Assembly: GCA_013361065.1 (NCBI GenBank)
Contig: JABWAK010000004.1
Span: 1 to 60,910, forward strand
Reading direction: 5' to 3'
DNA from: Bacteroidota bacterium
Lineage (GTDB): Bacteria > Bacteroidota > Ignavibacteria > UBA10030 > UBA8401
Length of the DNA stretch: 60,910 nt
Shown here: positions 1 through 9,146 of the stretch, piece by piece
How the letters are laid out: every line of letters starts with the position of its first letter
Position numbering within the stretch: the first letter of the stretch is position 1
Notes under the pieces: generated by a model
Seen by the model: the letters and a program-made list of their open reading frames with translations, nothing else
What the model was told of the DNA's origin: nothing
The model's database searches: none
Program-made: the position numbers and the translations under genes

Positions 1-557
1 GTCTTCAGCACATCGATCGTCTGGGGGAAGCATTCGTCGGAGACGAAGAACTGGTTCCCCTTCTTCTCGTGATTGGCGGAGTACATCATGAACATCGCTT
101 CCGCCGCCGCGGTCCCTTCATCCAGCAGCGACGCGTTCGCGATCTGCATGCCGGTCAGGTCGATCACCATCGTCTGATAGTTCAGCAGCGCTTCCAGGCG
201 TCCCTGCGCGATCTCTGCCTGGTACGGCGTGTACTGCGTGTACCAGCCCGGATTCTCCAGGATGTTGCGCTGGATGACCTGCGGAACGATCGTCCCGTAA
301 TAACCCATCCCGATGTAGGAACGGTAGACCTTGTTCCGCGCCGCGATAGTGCGGACGTGGTTGAGCGTCTCCTGTTCGGTCATCGCCTTGCCGATCTTCA
401 TCGGTGCTTCCAGCCGGATGGAGGGCGGAACGGTCTGATCGATCAGTTCGTCCAGCGATGCTGCGCCGATCACCTTCAGCATTTCTGCTGTATCCGCTTC
501 GTTTGGTGCGATATGGCGGGGTTCAAAGATGTCGGAGGGATTGAGATTGAGGGCCAT
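1..557 (-). CDS. gcvP: Glycine dehydrogenase (decarboxylating) P-protein, N-terminal part; the gene runs off the left edge
   Basis: Absent from the ORF track because there is no stop in the window. Manual reverse translation from ATG at 557 gives [49 protein letters not shown]...[47 protein letters not shown], the conserved GcvP N-terminus. The listed + ORF 69..578 is its antisense shadow. Confidence 0.85.
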   Translation of the reverse strand, partial: MALNLNPSDIFEPRHIAPNEADTAEMLKVIGAASLDELIDQTVPPSIRLEAPMKIGKAMTEQETLNHVRTIAARNKVYRSYIGMGYYGTIVPQVIQRNILENPGWYTQYTPYQAEIAQGRLEALLNYQTMVIDLTGMQIANASLLDEGTAAAEAMFMMYSANHEKKGNQFFVSDECFPQTIDVLK

Positions 558-575
558 GGTAGTGTAAGAGTAGTA

Positions 576-610
576 TAGGTGTTAGGTACTAGGTATTAGG
601 TACTAGGCTC
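576..610. repeat. Tandem heptamer array TAGGTNN x5, 19 nt upstream of the gcvP start
   Basis: TAGG recurs at 576, 583, 590, 597 and 604, an exact 7-nt spacing. Confidence 0.8.
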
Positions 611-691
611 TGGGACAAATATATATTTTGTGCTAAATCCAGAAAACCCGGGACCAACAATTATTAAGAAACTCTGCTCTGTTGTCTTTCT

Positions 692-771
692 ACTTTTTAC
701 TTTTAACTTTTCTATCGTTGTTGCTTTACCAACTGCTCCGTTCACTTTTAACTTTTTACTTTTGACTTTCT
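692..771. repeat. Two tandem heptamer arrays ACTTTTN (692-712 x3, 744-771 x4); the second overlaps the rnc stop codon
   Basis: Read directly: acttttt/actttta/acttttc and actttta/acttttt/acttttg/actttct. The last four rnc codons and the TAA lie inside the second array. Confidence 0.75.
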
Positions 772-1538
772 TGTATGTGTAGTTTCCCCACGGCTTCTTC
801 CGCCGCTGCCTGTTCCGCTTCCTTCTTGTTCTTTCCTATGCCGGTCCCCATCGCTTCGGCACCGACCATCACCTGGATGGTGAAGGTGCGGTCATGGTCC
901 GGGCCTTCCTCTTTCACTGTCTGATACCGCGGGATCCCTTTCCCCAGTGCCTGGGAGAGCTCCAGCAGTTCGCTTTTGAAGTTCTGGTCCGCTGCTTTCA
1001 GGAATCCGTTCTGCAGAGCGGAGGCAAGGCGCGTCAGGATGAATCCTTTTGCCTGGTCCATGCCGCCGTCCAGATAGAGCGCGGCGATCACCGCTTCGTA
1101 CGCATCGGAGAGGATGGTGTCGAATCCCTTCTCCTGCACGCCGGCGGAGTTGGTGTGGGTGAGCATGAACTTCCGCAGATCGATCTCTTTCGCACAGAAC
1201 GCAAGCGCTTTCCGGTTCACGAGCCGCGCACGGAGGATGGTCAGTTCCCCTTCCTCCTTGTCCGGATACTGCGCGTACAGGTATTCTGCGATGACGAAGT
1301 TCAGGATCGAATCGCCGAGGAACTCCAGCCGTTCGTTCGACTCCAGCTCTTCGATCTGGGAGACAGGGATGAAGGAACGGTGCACCAGCGCCCGGACGAA
1401 GAAGTCCTTATTGTGTATCGGATAACGCAGCGCTGCTTCCAGTTGGTTCCAGTCGATGCGGGAGTAGAGAGAGCGGAGCTTCCGGTCCTGTCTTCCGAAG
1501 AGGGAGGAGATGAAATGACGAACGCGCGAAAGGACCAC
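756..1538 (-). CDS. rnc: Ribonuclease III
   Basis: RNase III signature ERLEFLGDSILNFVIAEYLY, second catalytic region DAYEAVIAALYLDGG, and a C-terminal dsRBD (KSELLELSQ...GPDHDRTFTIQV...GKNKKEAEQAAA). Confidence 0.92.
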   Translation of the reverse strand: MVLSRVRHFISSLFGRQDRKLRSLYSRIDWNQLEAALRYPIHNKDFFVRALVHRSFIPVSQIEELESNERLEFLGDSILNFVIAEYLYAQYPDKEEGELTILRARLVNRKALAFCAKEIDLRKFMLTHTNSAGVQEKGFDTILSDAYEAVIAALYLDGGMDQAKGFILTRLASALQNGFLKAADQNFKSELLELSQALGKGIPRYQTVKEEGPDHDRTFTIQVMVGAEAMGTGIGKNKKEAEQAAAEEAVGKLHIQESQK

Positions 1539-1644
1539 GAATGATGCTTATTGATGGAGAGTCATTGAATTGTATGAATATACGGCTTTTTGCCGAGAAT
1601 TGCCTCTGCCCGGACTGTGCAGAATGTCCGGCCGGTACCGTGTG

Positions 1645-1677
1645 AAAAAGAAAAAGGCGGAGAATATCCGCCCTTTT
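1645..1677 (-). terminator. Rho-independent terminator downstream of fabF
   Basis: The minus strand reads AAAAGGGCGG-ATATTCT-CCGCCTTTTTCTTTTT: a GC stem followed by a T tract. Confidence 0.55.
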
Positions 1678-1749
1678 CATGGTAATACCGTATTGCTCGT
1701 ATACCGGAATCGCCCCGATAAACAGCAACGGGACAACCCATAGACCTCT

Positions 1750-3006
1750 TTACGCCGAGAATTTCTTAAATGCGAGAGTGGCGTTGTGTCCGCCGAATCC
1801 GAACGCATTGCAGACTGCGGCATTGACGGTCTTTTTGACGGAGGTGTTCGGCACGTAGTTCAGATCGCATTCCGGGTCCGGGGTTTCATAGTTGATGGTC
1901 GGATGGATCTCGTCCGTCACCACGCTCATGATGGTGGCGATGGCGCCGACCACACCGGCCGCTCCGAGCAGATGACCGATCATCGACTTGGTGGAGTTGA
2001 CCGCCAGTTTCGATGCATGGTCGCCGAAGACGGTCTTGATGGCATTGGTCTCGTACTTGTCGTTGTAATAGGTCGACGTCCCGTGCGCGTTCACATAATC
2101 GATGTCCGACGGCGACAGACCGGCATCAGCGAGCGCCATCTTCATGGAACGCTGCGCGCCTTCGCCGCCCGGAGCCGGCTCGGTGATATGATGCGCATCG
2201 CCGGTGAAGCCCATACCGGCCAGTTCCGCATAGATCTTCGCGCCGCGCGCTTTGGCATGCTCCAGCTCCTCCAGCACCAGCACCCCTCCCCCTTCGCCCA
2301 TCACGAATCCGTCGCGGTCCTTATCGAACGGACGGCTCGCCTTCTGCGGTGCATCGTTGCGCGTGGAGAGCGCCTTGAGCGCATTGAATCCGCCGATCCC
2401 CATTTCGCAGATGCCCGCTTCGGAACCGCCGCAGACCATCACATCCGCCGTACCGCGCTGGATGAGCATCAGCGAATCGCCGATGGCGTGCGATGCCGTG
2501 GCGCAGGCGGAGACCGTGGCATAGTTCGGTCCTTTCAGACCGTACTTGATCGAGATACGCCCGGCAGCGATGTCCGGGATCATCATCGGGATGAAGAACG
2601 GACTGATGCGGTGCGGACCTTTCGCCTCGAACAGGTTCTGCGCCTGGTTTTGGAATGTCTTGAACCCGCCGATGCCCGAACCGAACACCACGCCGATGCG
2701 CTCCTTGTTCTCGTTCTCCATGTTCAGACCGGCATCCTTGATCGCTTCTTCGGAAGCGGCCAAGGCGTACTGCGTGTACTGGTCCACCCGCTGTGCGAGC
2801 TTACGGTCCATATAATTGAGCGGGTCGAAGCCCTTCAGCTCGCCGCCGAATTTGGTATCGTACTGGGTGGTATCGAAATAGGTGATGGCGGCGATGCCGC
2901 TCGTGCCGGCCAGGGCATTGGTCCAGAACTCCTTCACGGAGAGACCGATGGGGGTGACGGCACCCATACCGGTGACGACAACACGGCGCATTGGACGTTG
3001 GGACAT
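1750..3006 (-). CDS. fabF: 3-oxoacyl-ACP synthase II
   Basis: 418 aa with a typical KAS II sequence: active-site region ATVSACATASHAIGD, HGTSTYYND, NAFGFGGHNATLAFKK. Confidence 0.95.
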   Translation of the reverse strand: MSQRPMRRVVVTGMGAVTPIGLSVKEFWTNALAGTSGIAAITYFDTTQYDTKFGGELKGFDPLNYMDRKLAQRVDQYTQYALAASEEAIKDAGLNMENENKERIGVVFGSGIGGFKTFQNQAQNLFEAKGPHRISPFFIPMMIPDIAAGRISIKYGLKGPNYATVSACATASHAIGDSLMLIQRGTADVMVCGGSEAGICEMGIGGFNALKALSTRNDAPQKASRPFDKDRDGFVMGEGGGVLVLEELEHAKARGAKIYAELAGMGFTGDAHHITEPAPGGEGAQRSMKMALADAGLSPSDIDYVNAHGTSTYYNDKYETNAIKTVFGDHASKLAVNSTKSMIGHLLGAAGVVGAIATIMSVVTDEIHPTINYETPDPECDLNYVPNTSVKKTVNAAVCNAFGFGGHNATLAFKKFSA

Positions 3007-3025
3007 ATTGATTCCTTATTAATGA

Positions 3026-3088
3026 GTCATCCTTCCCCCAAAGGGGTCCCTTCGGGAGGCGCGTCCACCAAGAAGTACCGGACTTGCT
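3026..3088. repeat. GTCATCC...GGATGAC hairpin module; second copy at 16961-17034
   Basis: gtcatccttcccccaaaggggtcccttcggga...cttgctcaggatgac aligns with 16961-17034 (gtcatccttcccccaacggggtccctttggga...cttgctcaggatgac). Confidence 0.7.
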
Positions 3089-3167
3089 CAGGATGACTTA
3101 TATTTATTCTAAAACTTTCTAGATGACATCTTTTTACTAGAGGCTATCTTAACAATGAAATTTATAT

Positions 3168-3241
3168 CAATATTGTCGCACTGAGCGGAGCCGAAGTGCG
3201 ACAATATTACAAGGTTGTGCTTCGACTACGCTCAGCACAAC
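3168..3241. repeat. Two oppositely oriented hairpins with different stems but the same loop word TGAGCG(G/T)AG(C/T)CGAA
   Basis: 3168-3208 reads AATATTGTCGCAC-TGAGCGGAGCCGAA-GTGCGACAATATT. 3214-3241 on the minus strand reads GTTGTGC-TGAGCGTAGTCGAA-GCACAAC. Confidence 0.65.
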
Positions 3242-3441
3242 ATAATGCTGCTATTTTGAGATACGCTCAAATACAATGTGTCACCCGCCGAATGTCCAGC
3301 TATTTGGACTCCGTCACTTCGAAAAGTGATTGGCGGTTGTTGATCGGTACCTGCACCACATAGCAGTGTATAAAACAAAAAAGCCACAGCGCCGCGGCGG
3401 TCCAGAGGATGCCGGGACGATGTGGCCTGGAATGAGTTCGA

Positions 3442-3675
3442 TTACTTCTTGGAGGAGATGTAGCTGATCGCGTCGCCGACGGTCCCGATCTTCTCCGCAT
3501 CTTCGTCCGGGATGCTCAGGCCGAAGGTCTTTTCGAATTCCATCACCAGTTCAACGGTATCCAGCGAATCGGCGCCGAGATCGTTGGTGAAGGAAGCGGT
3601 TTCGGTGACCTGTGCTGCATCAACGCCAAGTTTGTTGACGATGATCTCTTTCACTTTTGCTGCGACATCTGACAT
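3442..3675 (-). CDS. acpP: Acyl carrier protein
   Basis: 77 aa with the phosphopantetheine site [17 protein letters not shown]. Confidence 0.95.
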   Translation of the reverse strand: MSDVAAKVKEIIVNKLGVDAAQVTETASFTNDLGADSLDTVELVMEFEKTFGLSIPDEDAEKIGTVGDAISYISSKK

Positions 3676-3728
3676 GGTGGTTCTCCTTAGATATGGGTTT
3701 ATGGTTAAAATTGATTACAATAATCGAA

Positions 3729-3836
3729 ATTGATTCATTGGTTCATTGGTTCAATATGTCTTAAGAAGGTCCTGAATGCTATCGTTTTTCAGCTCTTCAT
3801 TGAGTCAATGATTCAATGGATCAATGACTCAATTCC
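3729..3836. repeat. Two tandem octamer arrays in the fabG-acpP spacer (3729-3760 ATTGNTTC x3-4; 3797-3836 TCA(A/T)TGNN x5)
   Basis: attgattc/attggttc/attggttc/aatatgtc. tcattg/tcaatg start at 3797, 3805, 3813, 3821 and 3829, an exact 8-nt spacing. Confidence 0.75.
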
Positions 3837-3851
3837 TTCCTTCTGCCATTA

Positions 3852-4604
3852 TTACATGGCCATCCCGCCGTCCACATTGATCGTCTGCCCGGTGATGTAA
3901 TTGGCATCGGCAGAGGCCAGGAAACAGACCACGGAGGCGATCTCCTCCGGTTTTGCCATCCGTTTTTGCGGAATGACGGTCAAGATAGCTTCTTTTTGCT
4001 TTTCATTCAACTTCCCGGTCATATCGGTCTCAATGAAGCCGGGGGCGATACAATTGGCTTGAATATTGCGAGAAGCGAGCTCTTTTGCAACAGATTTCGT
4101 GAATCCGATCACCCCGGCCTTGGAAGCGACATAATTGGCCTGTCCCGGATTGCCGATCACCCCCACAATAGAGGAGATATTGACGATCTTGCCGGACTGC
4201 TGGCCCATCATCGGGCGGGTGACCGCTTTCGTGAAGTTGAAGACCCCTTTCAGGTTGGTATCGATCACATCATCCCAATCCTGCTCACTCATGCGCATCA
4301 GCAGACCGTCCTTGGTCACGCCGGCATTGTTCACCAGGATGTCGATGCGGCCGAACTCCTTCACGACGGTCTGGACCACCTCGTCCGCCTGCTTGGTATC
4401 GGCAGCGTCGGACTGGAATGCGGCAGCTTTGCGGCCCATCGCCTGCAGTTCAGCGACCAGCGCGTTCGCCTCGTCCACTTTGCTGCGGTAGGTGAAAGCA
4501 ACATCGGCGCCGGAAGCGGCGAGGTGCAGTACGATGGAACGTCCGATACCGCGGGAACCGCCGGTGACGAGCGCGATCTTTCCGGTCAAATTATACTGTG
4601 TCAT
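3852..4604 (-). CDS. fabG: 3-oxoacyl-ACP reductase
   Basis: 250 aa SDR with TGGSRGIG cofactor motif, NNAG, and the YVASKAG catalytic Tyr/Lys. Confidence 0.93.
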   Translation of the reverse strand: MTQYNLTGKIALVTGGSRGIGRSIVLHLAASGADVAFTYRSKVDEANALVAELQAMGRKAAAFQSDAADTKQADEVVQTVVKEFGRIDILVNNAGVTKDGLLMRMSEQDWDDVIDTNLKGVFNFTKAVTRPMMGQQSGKIVNISSIVGVIGNPGQANYVASKAGVIGFTKSVAKELASRNIQANCIAPGFIETDMTGKLNEKQKEAILTVIPQKRMAKPEEIASVVCFLASADANYITGQTINVDGGMAM

Positions 4605-5182
4605 TTCGAATGTGAGGAATGTGTAATTTGATGATTTTTTAATTCTTTATATCCCTCTGCGCCAAGCACGTACTCCAACTCTGCTTTACAGGAATCGATC
4701 AGCGTGACATCGGTGTCCTTCACGATGGAACAGCATTGCGTCTTCCCGTCCTGATAGTCATCGTACGTCAGCGTGCCGTGCTCCAGCACGATCGGGAACG
4801 CCACACAGTAGAACGGCTTGATCTTCCACGGATCGTTGTACTTCTCCGCACTCACCAGCTGCACGCTGCAGCGTCCGTCCTTGCGCAGGAAGACGCATTT
4901 ATCGTTGAACGTCTGCGTGCTCACGGAGATGCCGGAAGGGAAATCCATGTCCGCTTCCTCGTTATTGTCGAACCAGACCGCTTCGTTCGTGGTCTGCGTC
5001 TCGTCCATCTGCTGCTTCACTTCATCTGTATGCGCGATGATCACATCGCGGTCCTTCGGGTCCAGGTAGACGCCGGAGGAGCAGCAGGTGGTCTCGCACT
5101 GGTACGGTCCGCAGCCGCGGGAGAAGCCCTTCTCAAAGAGAACGGGGTCGATCCTGTATTTTCCGATGATGAGATCGCTCAT
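4601..5182 (-). CDS. Cysteine-rich DUF3109/YkgJ-like putative metal-binding protein
   Basis: 193 aa with 10 Cys, including C-x4-C-x3-CC (CGPYQCETTCC) and KCVFLRKDGRCSVQ. ATGA overlaps occur at both ends: 5179-5182 with fabD and 4601-4604 with fabG. The family call is from memory of the motif pattern. Confidence 0.6.
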   Translation of the reverse strand: MSDLIIGKYRIDPVLFEKGFSRGCGPYQCETTCCSSGVYLDPKDRDVIIAHTDEVKQQMDETQTTNEAVWFDNNEEADMDFPSGISVSTQTFNDKCVFLRKDGRCSVQLVSAEKYNDPWKIKPFYCVAFPIVLEHGTLTYDDYQDGKTQCCSIVKDTDVTLIDSCKAELEYVLGAEGYKELKNHQITHSSHSK

Positions 5183-6087
5183 GCGATGGTCACTTCCGAT
5201 GCCTTGTCCACACCGGCGATCTCCGCCGCTGCGACCGTCCGTTTCACCAGTCCCTGCAAGACCTTCCCGGGCCCGATCTCGACGAACTTCGCCGCACCGG
5301 CCGCAGCCATGTTGTTGACCGTTTCCTCCCAGCGGACCGGGCTCGTCACCTGTTCGAAGAGGAGCGTGCGGATCTCATCCGCCTTCTGCACCGGTGCTGC
5401 CGTGACGTTCGCATAGACCGGCACGGATGCATCATGGATCGTGACGGCATCCAGCGCCGTCTTCAGTTTATCCTTCGCACTCTGCATGAGCGGGGAATGG
5501 AACGCTCCGCTCACCACGAGTTCCTTCACCAGTTTCGCGCCGCGTTCCTTCGCCAGTTCCATCGCTTTGCGCACGCCGGTCACGGTGCCGGAGATGACGA
5601 TCTGTCCGGGGGAATTGAAATTGGCCGCCTGGACCGCGCCGACCTCATACGCCGCACAGGTCACTTCGCCGACGGTCTTCGCATCGAGTCCCACCACCGC
5701 TGCCATTGTCCCGGGATTCTCTTCGCCCGCTTTCTGCATCAGTTCGCCGCGCAGGCGAACAAGCTTGATGGCATCGGCAAAGGAGAGCGCACCGGCAGCC
5801 ACAAGAGCGGAGTATTCACCGAGCGAGTGGCCTGCGACCATCGCAGCATCGGACGGCTTCAGCAGCTGCCATAGCGCAACGCTGTGCAGGAAGATGGCCG
5901 GCTGCGTGTTCTTCGTCTGCTTCAGTTCCTCTTCCGGTCCTTCAAAACAGATCCGGGAGAGCGGAACGCCGAGGATGGCATCCGCTTCGTCGTACAGTTT
6001 CTTCACGGACGGGTACGCATCGTACAGGTCCTTGCCCATGCCGACGTACTGCGAACCCTGTCCCGGAAAAATATATGCTACGCTCAT
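5179..6087 (-). CDS. fabD: Malonyl-CoA:ACP transacylase
   Basis: FPGQGSQYVGMG and GHSLGEYSA motifs. I prefer the ATG at 6087 (MSVAYIFPGQGSQ) over the ORF-track start 6135, which would translate the heptamer array. Confidence 0.92.
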   Translation of the reverse strand: MSVAYIFPGQGSQYVGMGKDLYDAYPSVKKLYDEADAILGVPLSRICFEGPEEELKQTKNTQPAIFLHSVALWQLLKPSDAAMVAGHSLGEYSALVAAGALSFADAIKLVRLRGELMQKAGEENPGTMAAVVGLDAKTVGEVTCAAYEVGAVQAANFNSPGQIVISGTVTGVRKAMELAKERGAKLVKELVVSGAFHSPLMQSAKDKLKTALDAVTIHDASVPVYANVTAAPVQKADEIRTLLFEQVTSPVRWEETVNNMAAAGAAKFVEIGPGKVLQGLVKRTVAAAEIAGVDKASEVTIA

Positions 6088-6132
6088 AACAAAACTATTG
6101 TTAACGGTGATTGAAGAATGAAGAATATTCTC

Positions 6133-6167
6133 CATTCTTCATTTTGCATTCTTCATTCTGCATTGCT
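6133..6167. repeat. Tandem heptamer array CATTNNN x5 in the fabH-fabD spacer, preceded by two inverted units (gaagaat gaagaat)
   Basis: CATT occurs at 6133, 6140, 6147, 6154 and 6161, an exact 7-nt spacing. Confidence 0.75.
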
Positions 6168-6168
6168 C

Positions 6169-7164
6169 TTAGTAGGCCCACTTCACATACACCGCACCCC
6201 AGGTATACCCGGCACCGAAGCTGGCGAAGACGAGGTTCTGCCCCTTCTTCACCTTGCCGGCATGCCACCACTCGGAGAGGCAGAGAGGGATGGTCGCGGC
6301 GGTGGTGTTGCCGTACTTGTTGATGTTGATCATCACCTTGGACTTGTCGAGACCCATCCGCTCCGCGGTGGCATCGATGATGCGGAGGTTCGCCTGATGC
6401 GGCACGAGCCAGTCGACGTCAGCACCGGTCAGGTTGTTCCGCTGCAGGATCTCGGCGGAGACGTCGGCCATGCCGACCACCGCCACTTTGAAGACGGACT
6501 TGCCGTCCTGATAGATATAATGCAGCTTCTTATCGATCGTTTCGTGGGACGGGGGATTGAGGCTGCCGCCCCCTTTCATATAGAGGAAGTCGCCGCCGCT
6601 GCCGTCCGAATAGAGTTTATGGTCGATCACGCCGACCGTCTCATCCGTGCTCGGTTCGAGCAGCACCGCACCGGCGCCGTCGCCGAAGAGGATGCAGGTG
6701 TTCCGGTCCGAATAGTCGAGGATGGAACTCATCTTGTCCGCACCGACCACGAGCACTTTCTTATAGGCGCCGGTCTCGACCAGCTGGGAGCCCATGGAGA
6801 TGGCATAGACGAAGCCGGAGCAGGCGGCGGAGATATCGAAACCCCACGCCTTCTTCGCGCCGATCTTCTGCTGCAGCACACAGGCGGTGGCTGGGAAGAA
6901 CATATCCGGCGTGACGGTAGCGAAGATGATGGCGTCGATCTCCTCCGCACTGATACCGCGGTTCTTCAACAGCATCTGCACGGCGGGCACGGCCAGGTCA
7001 GACGTGGCACCCTGTTCCAGGATGCGGCGTTCGCTGATGCCGGTGCGTGTGCGGATCCACTCGTCATTGGTCTCGACCAGTTTCTCCAGGTCGTGATTGG
7101 TCATGATCTTGTCCGGCACGTGATGACCGACGGCCGTGATCGCTGCGCGTACTTTGTTGTTCAT
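6169..7164 (-). CDS. fabH: 3-oxoacyl-ACP synthase III
   Basis: The true start is MNNKVRAAITAVGHHVPDKIMTNHDLEKLVETNDEWIRTRTGI at 7164, giving an ATGA overlap with the plsX stop. Active-site region AACSGFVYA. The 107-aa N-terminal extension in the ORF track overlaps plsX and is Arg/Pro junk. Confidence 0.93.
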   Translation of the reverse strand: MNNKVRAAITAVGHHVPDKIMTNHDLEKLVETNDEWIRTRTGISERRILEQGATSDLAVPAVQMLLKNRGISAEEIDAIIFATVTPDMFFPATACVLQQKIGAKKAWGFDISAACSGFVYAISMGSQLVETGAYKKVLVVGADKMSSILDYSDRNTCILFGDGAGAVLLEPSTDETVGVIDHKLYSDGSGGDFLYMKGGGSLNPPSHETIDKKLHYIYQDGKSVFKVAVVGMADVSAEILQRNNLTGADVDWLVPHQANLRIIDATAERMGLDKSKVMININKYGNTTAATIPLCLSEWWHAGKVKKGQNLVFASFGAGYTWGAVYVKWAY

Positions 7165-8183
7165 TGTCCCCGTAATTTTTCTTGAATGTGTTGGTTGATC
7201 CTGTACTGCACCACCTCTTCGGCGCGGAAGAGCATGTTCCTGATCGCTTTCGGCGGCGAACCGCCGTGGCCGATGATAGTGACGCCGTTCACCCCCAGCA
7301 GCGGGATCCCCCCGTGCTCCGTATAGTCCATATCTTTGAAGATCTCGCGCAGCGAACCGCGCAGGAGGCCGATCATGAGCTTGTTCAGGATGCCCTTGTC
7401 GGCGAACCGTTTGAACTGGAATTTCAGATATCCCGGCACGCTCTCGGCGAACTTCAGCAGTACGTTGCCGACGAACCCGTCGCACACCACCACATCCACG
7501 TGTCCTTTCAGGATGTCGCGTCCCTCCACATTGCCGGTGAAGTTCATCGTCCCTTTGCGCTCGGAGATGTATTTGAAGGTCTCCTTCGCCAGCTCGTTCC
7601 CTTTGGTCTCCTCCTCGCCGATGTTCAGGAGTCCCACACGGGGATTCTTCTTCTTGAACATGTATTCGGAATAGATCGACCCCATCACGCCGAACTCATA
7701 GAGGAACTGCGGACGGCAGTCGGAGACGGCGCCGGCATCCACGATGAGGGTCGGACCCTGTTCGCTCGGGAAGATCGCGGCAACGGTCGGACGGCTGACG
7801 CCCGGGATGCGTCCCAGGATGAGGGTGGAAGCGGCCGTGACCGCACCGGTGTTGCCCGGGGAGACGAATGCATCGACCGTCCCCTCCTTATGCATCGTGA
7901 TCCCTTTCACGAGCGAGGAGTTCGGTTTCGTCTTGATGGAGGTGACCGGCGAGTCATGCATGTCGATCACATCGGGAGCGTGGACGATGGAGTAGTCCAA
8001 TCCCTTCGCATCGAGCTTCTGCAGTTCCGCCTGGATGCGCGGCTCATCGCCGACGAGCACCACGTGGAAACGGTTGTTGCACTGGCGCAGACATTCCACG
8101 GCGCCTTGCACTTCGTTGGCGGGTGCGAAATCGCCCCCCATCGCATCGAGTGCAATACGAAGCTTCTGTGCGGATTGGCTCAC
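7161..8183 (-). CDS. plsX: Phosphate acyltransferase
   Basis: 340 aa. LRIALDAMGGDFAP..., GNTGA and VVCDGFVGNVLLK are typical PlsX blocks. Confidence 0.93.
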   Translation of the reverse strand: MSQSAQKLRIALDAMGGDFAPANEVQGAVECLRQCNNRFHVVLVGDEPRIQAELQKLDAKGLDYSIVHAPDVIDMHDSPVTSIKTKPNSSLVKGITMHKEGTVDAFVSPGNTGAVTAASTLILGRIPGVSRPTVAAIFPSEQGPTLIVDAGAVSDCRPQFLYEFGVMGSIYSEYMFKKKNPRVGLLNIGEEETKGNELAKETFKYISERKGTMNFTGNVEGRDILKGHVDVVVCDGFVGNVLLKFAESVPGYLKFQFKRFADKGILNKLMIGLLRGSLREIFKDMDYTEHGGIPLLGVNGVTIIGHGGSPPKAIRNMLFRAEEVVQYRINQHIQEKLRGQ

Positions 8184-8212
8184 AGCGGTCGCAGGGTTAG
8201 TGAATGGTGGTG

Positions 8213-8249
8213 TACAAAAAAGCCACTGCGAAACGCTTCGTCAGTGGCT
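8213..8249 (-). terminator. Rho-independent terminator after rpmF
   Basis: The minus strand reads AGCCACTG-ACGAAGCGTTTCG-CAGTGGCT followed by TTTTTT. Confidence 0.6.
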
Positions 8250-8268
8250 ATGATTGTTGCAGACATTC

Positions 8269-8460
8269 TTACGCTTGCTTCTTCTCTTTGATCACGCGGC
8301 CTTTGTACATCAGCTTTCCTTCCGATGTCCAAACGGCACGGTGGCTCAGGTGGGCTTCACCGGACGTCTTGTCGATCGCCACGGTCGGAGCTTCCGCTTT
8401 GTAATGAGTGCGGCGTTTGCGTCCGCGGGTCTTGGAATGGCGGCGTTTTGGATTTGGCAT
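8269..8460 (-). CDS. rpmF: 50S ribosomal protein L32
   Basis: [23 protein letters not shown]-terminus, 63 aa. Confidence 0.92.
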   Translation of the reverse strand: MPNPKRRHSKTRGRKRRTHYKAEAPTVAIDKTSGEAHLSHRAVWTSEGKLMYKGRVIKEKKQA

Positions 8461-8489
8461 TGCTTCGTTCCCTTCGAGATAAAGATATG

Positions 8490-8963
8490 TTAGTTTTTTT
8501 CAGTCTGTTTCAACAATTTCAGCTGTTCCCACCGCGGATCGGTCTCCGGTTCCGCTGCGCGCACGTGCGCCGGCAGTTCACAATTCCGTTTGCAGAGCAG
8601 TTTGACGGGGACCGCCAGCTGCAGATAATCCCGGACCGATGCCGTCAGATCGATGATGTTGTCTTCCTTCCCGAGAAGGTAGAAATCATCGTCCTCTTCC
8701 CGCTCCTCCGTCCGTTCCCATGAATAGACAGCCGTGTACCGCGTATCGACCGTCTCCTGGAACTCCTCAGCGCACCGGTCACAGATAAAAACGCCCTTGA
8801 CAGAAGCATTGACCGATGCCAGGATCTGGTGAATGCTCTTCTCAAGGGTGATTGTCGCTGTCACATCGCCGGTGAAGTACGATTCCAACCCCATCCCATC
8901 CGCCGGTTCCGTCAGGACGTACTGATGAGACCCCTCTGAAAGGCCTGAAATATTGATCTTCAT
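8490..8963 (-). CDS. yceD: YceD/DUF177 family protein (23S rRNA accumulation protein)
   Basis: 157 aa acidic protein with CDRC...C...C cysteines, in the conserved position upstream of rpmF. Confidence 0.8.
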   Translation of the reverse strand: MKINISGLSEGSHQYVLTEPADGMGLESYFTGDVTATITLEKSIHQILASVNASVKGVFICDRCAEEFQETVDTRYTAVYSWERTEEREEDDDFYLLGKEDNIIDLTASVRDYLQLAVPVKLLCKRNCELPAHVRAAEPETDPRWEQLKLLKQTEKN

Positions 8964-9146
8964 ACTTTTTCTCCGGTCTCTTTCAGAGAGAATTGCCGTT
9001 TTTCTTCAAAATTTCAAAGAATTTGGGAAAAAGGTAGTCCAAATATAGAAAGATTGGGGGTGAGAGTCAAGAAATTGGTGCAATGGTGTACCGTACATCT
9101 GTCCGCTGTGCCGGAAGGGCGGCGGCAGGGAAAACATGCCGGATGA

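Noticed and set aside
69-578. A 169-aa + strand ORF at the left edge.
   Set aside because: It is antisense to a clear GcvP N-terminus that starts at 557 on the minus strand. Its composition is Arg/His-rich with no motifs.
7165-7485. N-terminal 107-aa extension of the fabH ORF.
   Set aside because: It overlaps plsX in another frame. The FabH homology begins at MNNKVRAAITAVG (ATG 7164), which gives the classic ATGA coupling to plsX.
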